DNA from: Chiloscyllium plagiosum
Lineage: Eukaryota
Assembly (NCBI RefSeq): GCF_004010195.1
Contig: NC_057718.1
Location: forward strand, 72,672,674 to 72,736,673
Length of the DNA: 64,000 nucleotides
Reading direction: 5' to 3'
The first letter of the stretch is position 1. Each line of letters opens with the position of its first letter. Under the pieces are notes generated by a model. The model saw only the letters and a program-made list of their open reading frames with translations, made no database searches and was not told the DNA's origin. Below, in pieces: positions 50,600 through 61,329 of this stretch. Both the position numbers and the translations under genes were made by a program.

Positions 50600-52060
50600 T
50601 TCAAGAGCAAATAAACCTTGTCTTCAACGACATGAAACATTAGTTAGACTGCTTTTGGAGTCAGGTGTGCAATCCTGGTCTTCTTCTCTTAGGCAGAGTA
50701 TATTTGCCATTGTGGAGTGGCTCACCAAGCTGATTCCCAGGATGATGGGACCATCCTGCGAGAAGAGATTGAGGAGTCTGGTCCTGTACTCTCATGAGTT
50801 TAAAACAATGAAAGACCACCTCATAAATTCTTAATGACATAAATAGAATAAGTGTAGAAAGGATTTTTCCCCCAGCTGTGGGATCTAGAACCAAGAACCA
50901 AACAGACTCAGAAAAGAAAGGCAAACCATGTATAAGGTGCAAGACAAGGATGAATTTCTTCACTCGGGGAGTAGTAATTGTTTGTAATTCCTTCCTCCAG
51001 ACACTGTGGAGTTGATTCATTAAGTTCAATTCAGAGATCTACAAACTAACAACATCAAGAGATAAAAGGATACTAAGGGAATATAGCAGTGAGGCAGATG
51101 ATTAGCAATATGGAAATAAAAGTGACTGAGTGATGGGAAATAGAAAATAATGGTCAATGGATGTTTTTCAATTGTTAGGTTTGTAGTGCAGTTCCCCAGG
51201 AGTTGATATCGGGACCTTTGTTAATAATACAGATAGAATTTCCAAGTTTGCAGATGACTCAAAATTTTTGAAGAATTATAAATGGTGAGGAAGATAATCT
51301 GGAACTCCAAAAGGACATTGACAAGTTGGTAGGGTAGGAGGATAGGTAGTGGATGAGGTGTAATGCAGAGAAGAGTGAGGTGACAGAGTTTGATTGGGAC
51401 CACATAAGTTATGGGTATTGTGAACAGATCCATGAAGGTGGCAGCACAAGTGAAGAGAACAGCTGGTAAACTATAAGGTGCCCTCCATTTTATTAACAGG
51501 CGAATACAGCACAAGAATAATGAGGCGATGCTCGCCATAATGCTGAAACCTCTATGAAGCTCTGGTTAGGCCCCAAGTAGACTCTTGTTTCCGATACTAC
51601 ACATCTCACTTTACTAACAAGGTAAGGATCCTTAAGGCAAGAGGAGACTTACCAGAATGGATGAAGGATTTTAGTTGCAAGGATAGGTTTGAAAAGTGGG
51701 GATTTTATTTCTTATAGCAAAGGAGGTTGAGGGAAGATTTAATACAAGTTCAGTATATTATGAAAAACTTAGATAATGTAGCCAAAAATAACTGCTTCCA
51801 TTAGCAGATAAAGACTAGAGGGTTTGGACTAGAGATTAAGGGAGAATGTAAGGAATTATATTGTTACACAGTAAATTAAAATAAACTTGCTGCTCACAAA
51901 AATTGTGGAAGCAAAAGTAGCCAAAGCTTGAAAGGAAACTGGATGAAATCTTGAAGTAACAACCTTGCATGATCAAGCAGAGAAAGTGGGACGGAGGATT
52001 GCTGTGTGGGGAATTGGTTGGTCAGATGGTTTCCTACATTGCTGTAAATGACTATGATGT
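50600..52060 (+). mobile_element. Old CR1-group LINE 3' fragments
   Basis: LVRLLLESGVQSWS, TKLIPRMMG and SKFADD (~51240) remnants. Confidence 0.7.
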
Positions 52061-52269
52061 CATGGAGTGCTTCCTTATGATGAGCAGATAAATGAACTTA
52101 CTTTACTGGAGGAATGTAGGATCCCAGTATTTGAAATACAAACTTTACATCAACATTCACTACATCTCCTTATGGGTTTCATATAAACCTGCCAGTGTTA
52201 AAGCACAGTTGGTGAGCTAAATGCATTTGCTGTTTTAAGTACATGCATATGTGGATGATTCTAACTCAC

Positions 52270-52369
52270 CAAGGAGCCAGGCGTAAAGTCTACGGTTGAG
52301 AGACATATCTCTCCGAAGTACTACGTGTAGAGCTGCAGACAATATCTGGATCATGTCTGGGCGAGTTGC
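52270..52369 (-). CDS. DOP1A: DOP1A coding exon (100 nt): [33 protein letters not shown](G)
   Basis: Acceptor aaatag| and donor G|gtgagt; contains the Dopey signature [16 protein letters not shown]. Confidence 0.97.
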
Positions 52370-54163
52370 CTATTTGGGAAGAAAAAAACCATTTCCAGTA
52401 ATATGGATGATTTAAAGCTGAAAGACATTTGTGCCATTGGAAGAAAATGTTTTATCCATGCTATTTTCTTTGCAAGGTCCTCCCTCCAAATTAATTCACA
52501 CCATCTTTACTGTGCATTCAAGCCAGAGAACTTGAGGACTTAATCTAGGCTGATACTCCAAAAACATCGATGCAAAACTGGAAACGTACATTGCTCGAGA
52601 TTATGTCCTTCAGTATATTAGACTTAAACTGCTTGCCAACACAGGTAAATATTATAACATTATCCTCGATTGGGAAAACATTAACATCAGTATTGTAATC
52701 TACAGACTCAGACTAAAACAAGATGTGGGTTTAAATCCCACCACAAGAACTGGTGCAACTTAAATTCAAATTGATAAAATCTGGATTTGAAAGTCTCGGC
52801 AATTATGATCGGAATATCATTAATTATCATAAAATTCTGTCTGATTCAATGATGTCCTTTAGATAAGATGTGCTTCCCATACTCGGTTTGGCCTACATCC
52901 ATGGCAATGTGGTTGACTCTTAGTTGGCCTCTGCAATGGCCTGGCAGGCCTCTCAAGTTCAGGGCCAATTAGGGAGTGGCAACAAATGCTGGCCATACTG
53001 GCAATGCTCATATCCCATAAAAGAATGACATTCTTTCAGAGCTTGAAGCACAAAGTTCCTTCTATCAGCCATCACAAAGATATTAAACAGTCAGTGTGTC
53101 CAACTAGTGATTACAGGACTTAACAAATGTTTTAAAACTGCCACTATGCCCTTCAAAATCGTAACTGCATCTCAAAAGTTAAATCCAACAATGACTGATC
53201 AAACCATTACAAGGAAATACTTGGTCTACAGCATGAAAACAGATCACTGTTCAGCTACTGGTCTCTGCTACACATGAGTATCCTCCTGCCTTTCTTAATC
53301 CAAATATAAACAGCACATCATTCAATTTCTTTTGACTCTTTCTGCTAGGATGTCCCACATTCTTATCCTTCTTTAGAGAAAGGAATTTCTCCCAAGTTTC
53401 CCACTGGATTTGTGAACAATAATCACTTTCGGCCTCTAGGTACCCTTCAGGGTTCTCTATTCTGTCCATGCAGTTCAACATTTCCGAATAAGTACATCTT
53501 CACAGTTTCAGTATCATCCTTCAACATTAAAGAAAGTGCAAACAAAGTCCCTCCACATCCTTTCTATATTGTAGGAACCAGAACTGTGCCCAGATAAGTA
53601 TGGGTCAATCAACATATAAGATGAATAGGAAATCACTACTTTTAAATTTTATTCCTTTAGAAATGTTTGGTCTGCTTTTCAAAGAAAATTTTCCAACCAT
53701 CTTTGCTATGCTTAACAGTTCCTGTATCTGTGTTCCTTACTTTGTAGACCCATTTAAGCTTATGATCAAAGCAGTACACAGTATCCTTTATCTTCCTACC
53801 GAAACCTACCATCTTAGTTATAGATAATGGAATTTACAAGTTTGCATTAATATCTCATTGTATTTTACTGCAGGAATTCAATGTGGTAAATTTGTGTCAC
53901 CAATTTTATTCACAACATTTTGTAGATGTTTTTGCACTGCATCTTTGAAACACAGAAACATAGGAAACACGAACAGGTATAGGCCATTTGGCCTTGCTCT
54001 GCCATCCAATACGATCATGGCTGTTCATTCAACTCAGTAAAAACAAATACTGTAGATGCTGGAAATCCAAAATAAACACAGAATGCTGGATAAACTCAGT
54101 ATGTCTCGCAGCACCTGTGCAAACAGAAACAGAGTTTCATTCATCTCTGAACTCTGATCCTTT

Positions 54164-54829
54164 TTTGCAAGGTTTGTAGCTCAGGTTGAGGTTTAGGGTA
54201 TAGGTTTGCTCGCTGAGCTGTAGGTTTGATATCCAGACATTTCATTATCTGGCTAGCTAACATCATCAGTGGCGACCTCCAAGTGAAGCGAAGCTGTTGT
54301 CTCCTGCTTTCTATTTCTATGTTTGTCCTGGATGGGGTTCCTGGGGTTTATGGTGATGTCATTTCCTGTTCATTTTCTGAGCGGTTGTTGGATGGTATCT
54401 AGATCTGTGTTTATATGGCATTGTGGTTGGAGTGCCAGGCCTCTAGGAATTCTCTGGCATGTCTTTGCTTAGCCTGTCCCAGGATAGATGTGTTGTCCCA
54501 GTCGAAATGGTGGGTTTTTTTGACTGGGACAACACATCTATCCTGGGACAGGCTAAGCAAAGACATGCCAGAGAATTCCTAGAGGCCTGGCACTCCAACC
54601 ACAACGCCATAAACACAGATCTAGATACCATCTATCAACCCCTCAGAAAATGAACAGGAAATGACATCACCACAAACCCCAGGAACCCATCCAGGACAAA
54701 CATATAAATAGAAAGCAGGAGACAACAGCTTCGCCTCACTTGGAGGTCGCCACTGATGTTTACTAGCCAGGTATGGAAATGTCTGGATATCAAACCTACA
54801 GCTCAGCGAGCAAACCTACATCCTAAACC
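54164..54829. mobile_element. Penelope-type element present as a long inverted duplication of its 3' end
   Basis: Arms ~54190-54503 and 54522-54829 are reverse-complementary; the right arm encodes the GIY-YIG C-terminus FDWDNTSILGQAKQRHAREFLEAWHS...IN; imperfect TSD ctctgatccttt / ctttgatcccttt. Confidence 0.9.
54233..54272 (-). ncRNA. Hammerhead-like motif (slightly decayed) in the left palindrome arm
   Basis: Minus strand reads CCA CUGAUGA U GUUAGCU-AGCC-AGAUAAU GAAAU GUC UGG; the right-arm copy (~54750-54786) has a deletion in the core. Confidence 0.6.
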
Positions 54830-55688
54830 CTTTGATCCCTTTAACCTCAAGACTATATCCAACTCCTCCTCGATAGCATTCGATACTTTGGCCTCAACTG
54901 CTTTCTGGAGCAGAGAATTCCACAGGCTCTATGTGAAGAAATTTCTCATCTCAGTCCTAAATGGCCTAACCTGTATCCTTAGATTATTACCGCCGGTTCT
55001 AGACTCCAATACTTTTATATTACAAATGTAAAGCGATAAAGTCATTAGAGTTTGTTCCCTATGTCTTTATATACAGTAATCATGATCATTCTGCTCATGG
55101 TCTGGAATTATCCACCTTCCTAACTAGTTTTTACATGGTCACTGTGCTCTGTCTTCCCTAACTTCTTTTAATGTATGTAGGTGTAATCCACTTATAGCTG
55201 ATATTTAATCCTCTTTAGCATACACAGTATCCATTAAGTTCTATCAAGCTTTCTTGTATTTGATTTAATTCGTTTTATGCATACTTTTTGCACAATATGT
55301 TGGAAATATACATGGAACAGAGGATATCAAAAACATAACTCACCACTTTAATTCAATAATCTGCACCAAGTTCTACACTTAAGGAAGGCACAATGAAACA
55401 TATGATATGATAAATGCATCACCCATTACCAACACCTTTCACTCATGAACAACAATTTTAAGTTGTGAAAGTACTAGTAATGCTTCACTAATACCCCAAC
55501 ATCTTCAGCACTGATAGAAGCTGAAAACCAGGACTAAACATCATTCTTTAAGCTGACAAAGTCTCATGAACTGACAGAGATTCTTCAGTACTGTAAAATT
55601 CTATGAATTAATCCAAATATTACACATATTGCAGCCAAGTGTGACAGCATCATTAATTTTCTAAATTTACAAATTATAGCAAATATAC

Positions 55689-55787
55689 CTGAAACAGATG
55701 AAAAGGGAAGCAGAACAGTATGAGATCCAAGGTGCTCCTCTGCACCAAAGCACTGGAGTCCTGAACTGAAACACTGACTGCTTCAAC
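55689..55787 (-). CDS. DOP1A: DOP1A coding exon (99 nt): VEAVSVSVQDSSALVQRSTLDLILFCFPFHLFQ
   Basis: Acceptor ttctgtag| and donor CAG|gtatat; Dopey N-terminal domain sequence. Confidence 0.95.
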
Positions 55788-56549
55788 CTACAGAATTTTT
55801 AAAAAAAGATTAGTTTAGGATCTTGTTTTAGTGAAAACATATTAAATCCATTCTGTATTAAAAATCAACTAGGACTGTCACTTCAGCACTCATGAAATCT
55901 GCAAGTCAATTCATACAAATGAAGTTAACTACTTTAACCAAATGTTCAAACAACCAAAGCTACCTATCCTGCAGGCCAACTTAGAGCCATAGGGTCCTAG
56001 TGCATGGAGACAGGCCCTTTGGCCCAAAATGGTCCATGCTAACCCCATTTGGCCCATATCCTTTTAAACCTTTCTTATCCATGTAACTGACTGAACAAAC
56101 TGCCAAAGTAGTATTAAGATCACAGCAGCATTTCAATAAATATTTCTCAGCCAAACCAATCCAAGTTATTGCCAATGTGGAATCAATAATAATGCTTTAG
56201 AGTAAAAATTTCTTAGAGAACAGTGATAGCAAGATAGGGATGTGCTACCACAGGGATCTACCAGAGTAGATGCATGGGGAACAAAATTAAATGTGTAGTA
56301 AAAAAGAAAGTGGTGCAAACAAATCTCTGGCAATAGACAGACAGATAAAACCGGAACTTGGCAAGTGGAGTGCCACACAGCTAAATAATAGAGAAGCATT
56401 AGAGTGGTGATGAAGCATGTCAACGATTGCATAATGGTCAAAGAAAACCTAATTTCTAACCTGCATGCTGGTTTTAAGATGTACCAATTTTCACAAGTAT
56501 GCTGCTCTACCTGACAATCATTGCATTTACGTAAACACTATTCCTAAAT

Positions 56550-57015
56550 TAAAAGATTTACGAGGATGTTGCCAGGGCTAGTAGTCCTGAGTTAGAGGGA
56601 GAAGTTGGCCAGAATAGGACTTTATTCCTTGGAACATAGAAGAATGTGGGGTGACCTTATTAGAATACATAAAATCATGAAGGGCATAGATAGATAGATG
56701 AATGCATGCAGTCTTTTTCCCCAGCGATGGGGAATTGAAAACTAGAGGGTAAGGCGAGAGGGGAAAGATTTAAGGAGGATCTGAGAGACAACTTCTTCAC
56801 AGAGACAGTAGTGCATATATGGAATGGGCTGCCAGAGAAAGTGCTTGAGGCAGGGATAATAGTAACATAATAAAAAACATTTGGATAGATACATTGATGG
56901 GAAGGGATATGGACCAAATGCAGCCAATTGGAACAAGCGGAGTGGGCACCACAGTCAGCATGGATCTGTTTGGGCCAAAGGGCGTGTTTCCATACTGTAT
57001 TACTCTATGACTCTG
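56550..57015 (+). mobile_element. CR1 3'-end fragment
   Basis: RFTRMLPGL-type sequence and a ctctatgactctg tail. Confidence 0.8.
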
Positions 57016-57076
57016 TAAAAGACTGCCTGTGCAATGTACAGTACTGAATTGGGAAAGAAAATCCTGCAATTAAATA

Positions 57077-57256
57077 CAGGGCGACCCCCATATCCACAGG
57101 TCCAGTTACCACATCCCGAACGAGTAAAAGGAAAAATCCAGAACCGGGGACCAGGAGGCTGCCAGGAAAGCACACTTCCCATTTAAATGAAAGGGTTCAT
57201 ACCTATCCACAGTAGGTCCTGGAACGTATCCCCCTCGGTATGGGGAGGGACTACTG
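57077..57256. mobile_element. Probable Tigger/pogo-like MITE
   Basis: TA on both sides; CAG...CTG termini with degenerate TIRs (cagggcgacccccatatcc vs cagtagtccctccccatacc). Confidence 0.55.
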
Positions 57257-57924
57257 TATTGGAAAGACAACGATCCTGTCATAAAATCCATTCCCGATAC
57301 ATCAATTTGATCTTTCGTGTCCTTGCTGCTCACCAACTCGGTAATCTCCTTCAGCTGTACCGTTGGTGGCAATTATTTTAGCTGCCTAGATTACAAACTC
57401 TGGGATTCCCATCCTCAAATATCTCCACCTGGCTTTTCCTTTTTAAGATGTTACTTAGAACCTACATTTTTAACCACATTTGTATGCCAACTGCCTTAAT
57501 TAATATTTTGCATTATGGTTTTCATAGAACTAATAATTTTGAGTGAGCTACAAGGTCAAAGAAAACATTTCAGACTAAAATTCAAGCTGAAGAAGGCATT
57601 TTGTTTTCTTCAACTTGGAATTAAATATACTAATTAATATATTAACTAGTACAACTGATTATTCAGTCAGAAACAGGTGATTAAATAAGTAATAAGTCTC
57701 AATTGAACTACAATAGAAGCATCAATAATTCAACAGCAGAGACATTAAAAGACTAAGAATTTCCTTAATAAGCTGTTGTAGTTTATGCGAGGAGGAATGT
57801 ATAAACAGATAATTGCCCACAACCTGGGTCAGCAATAGATAGAACTACACGATGCTCTTAAGAAATGTACAACTAATGAAGGCCTATGAAAGCATGCAAG
57901 AGCTGCTCAAAATCTCTGTATCTC

Positions 57925-58230
57925 ATGATTAGATTAGATTCCCCACAGTGTGGCAACAGGCCCTTCGGCCCAACCAGTCAACACCGACCCTCCAAAGAGT
58001 AACCCACCCAGACCCATCTCCCTCTGACTAATGCACCTAACACTATGGGCAATTCACCTGACCTGCACATCTTTGGATTGTGTGAGGAAACCGGAGTACC
58101 TGGAGGAAACCCATGCAGACACGGGGAGAATGTGCAAACTCCACACAGACAGTCACCCAAGGCTGGTATCGAACCTGGGACCCTGATGCTGTGAGGCTGC
58201 AGTGCTAACCACTGAGTCACCGTGCCACCC
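57925..58230 (-). mobile_element. HE1-type SINE
   Basis: tRNA-like head at the right end, core, and a (gatta)n tail at the left end. Confidence 0.88.
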
Positions 58231-58269
58231 TTAAATGACGTATTTAAAATGTGGCACTCAATTTCATTC

Positions 58270-61110
58270 TTGAACATAAGTGAACCATCACTGCCTCAAG
58301 GGCATAGAATTTGAAAGAGTTCCAGCCCTCAGTGAAAAAATTCCTCCTCACCCAAGTCCTAATTAACTCACCAGTAAGGGGAAATATCCTTCCTGCATCT
58401 ACCCCAGCAAACCCTGAAAGAGTTTTCTATTTTTGAATGAAATCACTGCTCATTCTTCTAAACGCCAGAGGATATACATAGGGCAACACCTCCACCAGGA
58501 GGTAATTTGGTGAATCTTCATTGCACTCTCCCTATGGCAAGTATACATTTCCTTAAGATCAACTCTTGTAGTGTAGTGCCAGTGTCCCAACCTCTAAGTC
58601 AGGAGGCCTATGGTTAAGTCCTGCTTCCACCTCCACCCCCAACCTGCTACAAAAGTATGTTGCAACATTTCTGAACAGGTTGATTAGAAGTATCTATATT
58701 TCCTTAGGCAAGGATACCAAAGTTGCATACAATTCTCCAGGTGTGGTCCCACCAAAGCTTTGTATAACTACAGTAAGATATCTTTTGTTCCAATACACAA
58801 ATTTTCTTGTAATGAAGGCAATTTAAACAATTTTCCTTCATGACTGCAAGGTGTACCAACACATCAACCTTCAGTGGAATACGGACTAGGACACCAAAGC
58901 CCCTTTGAGGTTCAACATTTCTGACACTCTCATAATGGAATTAAACAAAGGAAATTACATAGGCATAAGAACAGGTTTGGTCAGAGTAGATTGGGCAGGA
59001 TGAGCGGTGGCAGATGTTTAAGGAGCTTCTGAATTTCTCCCAACTAAAATACATCCCACTGAAGAAGATAGATGGTAAGGGGCGGGGGGAGATTTATAAA
59101 TAAATAAAAATAAAACAATCCACGGCTAAACAAAGAGGTCAAGGACAATTTAAAGTCAAAAACTAAGGTATACCGTATTGCAAAAGGCCAGTGGCAGGTT
59201 GGAAGGTTAGATAACTTCCAATCATAAACAAAAGGATACTTAAAAAAAAACAGCCAAGGTAAATTACAAAAGAAAACTAGCACAAACATTAAAAAGAATA
59301 GCAAACCCTCTATAAATTTATAAAAGTGAAGAGTCACTAAGGTGTATGTTGGTCCATTGGAATTTGAAACCGGAGAGTTAATAGTGGGGAACACTGAAAT
59401 GGCAAAGATGCTAAATCAATACTGTGCTTCAGTTTTCACGGTGGAGGACAGCATGGAATGGGAAAGTCACAGACAATAAAAAGATAGAACTTAGAACAAT
59501 CAACATTCATAGGGAAAAGATACTCAGCGAACTACTGGGATTGAGGGCAGACAGTTCCCAAGCCTGATGGCCTACATCCTAGATTATTAAAGGAAGTGGT
59601 GAGAGAGATAGTGGATCTATTGGTTACAACATTCCAAAATTCCCTGGATACGGGAAAGGTTCCAATGGATTGGAAAAATGCTAACATAACACCCTTATTC
59701 AAAACAGAAGGAAGAAATATGTAAGAAATTACAGACCAGTTAGTTTAATATCTGCTGTTGGTAAGTGATAGAATAAACTATCAAGGAAGCAATATCACGA
59801 CATTTGGATAGTCAAAACGCTATCCATCAGAGTCAGTATGGTTTTATGAAGGGTAAATCATGTTTGACTAACTTGTTCGACTTCTTCGGAGATGTAACAA
59901 ACAAAGAGGATAATGGGAATTCTGTAGATATCTGGACTTCCAGAAGGCATTTGATAAGGTGCCACACAAAAGGTTAATTCACAAAGTTGGATCATACGGT
60001 AATTTATTAGCTTGAATAGGTGACTGGCTGATGGACAGAAGATAGAATCGGGATAAATAGATTTTTCTCTGGATGGCAAGATGTAACTAATGGGATGCCA
60101 CAGGGTTCGATCCTTGGACCTCAGCTATTTACAATCTATATTAACAACTTGGATACAGGGATAGGAGGCTCTATAGCCAAATTTGTGAACGACAAAACTG
60201 GGGGGTTTGGTAAATTGCGAGGAGAAAATAAGAACGTTACAAATGGATATAGATAGGTTAGGAGAGTGGACCAAAATGTGGCAAATGCAGCTTAATGTGA
60301 ATAAGTATGAGGTCACGCATTTTGGTCAAAATAAAAATGGGAAGGCGACCTATTATCTAACTGGGAAGAGATTTTGGGGTACTCTGGTGCAGAGGGATCT
60401 GGATGTCCTCGTTCAACAGTCACAGAAAATTAGCATGCAAGCACAGGAGATAATAAAGAAAGCGAATGGAATGTTGACATTTATAGCTAAAGCAATAGAA
60501 TATAAAGGTAAGGAAGCATTATTGCAAGTATAAAAGGCATTGGTGAGACCGCACCTGGAGTAGTATGAACAGTTTTAGTCCCCTTATCTGAAGTACGATG
60601 TAGTGGCATTGGAAGCAGTTCAAAGGAGGTTCACTAGATTGATCCCACAGATGAGAGGTTTGTTGTATGAAAAGATATTGAACAGTTTAGGCCAATACTA
60701 TCTGGAATTTAGAAGAATGAGGAGAGATCAAATTGAGGTACTCAAGATGATAAAAGGCTTGGATAAAATAAATGTGGAGTGGATGCTTCCGTTTGTGGAC
60801 CATTGTAGAACGATAGGTCATAGTCTTAGGATAACGGGTAGCAAATTTAAAACAGAGTTGAGGAGAATCTATTTCTCCCAAAAGGGTTGTGAACTTGTGG
60901 AATTCATTACACCAAAGTGCAGAGGATGCTGGAACAATGAGTAAATTTAAGGAGGAATTAGACAGGAATTTAATTGATAAGGGGTTGAAGAGTTATGAAG
61001 AAAAGCCAGGAAAATGGGGGTGAGGAGCATATCAGCAATGATCAAATAGCAGAGCAGATTTGATGGGCCAATTGGCCTGTTTCTGCATCTCTCTCATGAA
61101 CTTATGAAGC
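58270..61110. mobile_element. CR1 fragments: minus-strand 3' piece (~58270-58930) abutting a plus-strand 5'-truncated copy (~58930-61110)
   Basis: ORFs 60207..60533 and 60603..60944 (LEAVQRRFTRLIP). Confidence 0.85.
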
Positions 61111-61329
61111 GACACTCCATATTTCTGGTTTTCCTGAGCATAAGCAGATAATCTTACATTTCTTGACACTGTGTTCCATAGGCTAATTCCTTTCCCAAGT
61201 GTTTAGCTTCTCCAAACCTCCTTGAAGCATTTCTACATACTTCTCATAAAGCACACTTCCGCCTAGTTTTGTTTCATTGAAAACTTTGAAATACTACATT
61301 TAATCCCCACATCTAAAATCATTGACATA

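Larger units (their letters stand above)
10459..55787 (-). other. DOP1A: DOP1A (DOPEY1) gene, internal portion: 10 coding exons; gene continues beyond both window edges
   Basis: The exons below join in frame: 99+100+110+112+121+120+112+30+231+619 = 1654 nt, phases 0/1/0/1/2/2/0/0/0/1. The translation matches the N-terminal part of vertebrate Dopey-1 as recalled (e.g. [55 protein letters not shown]). No adjacent upstream or downstream exon was found in the window. Confidence 0.95.
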
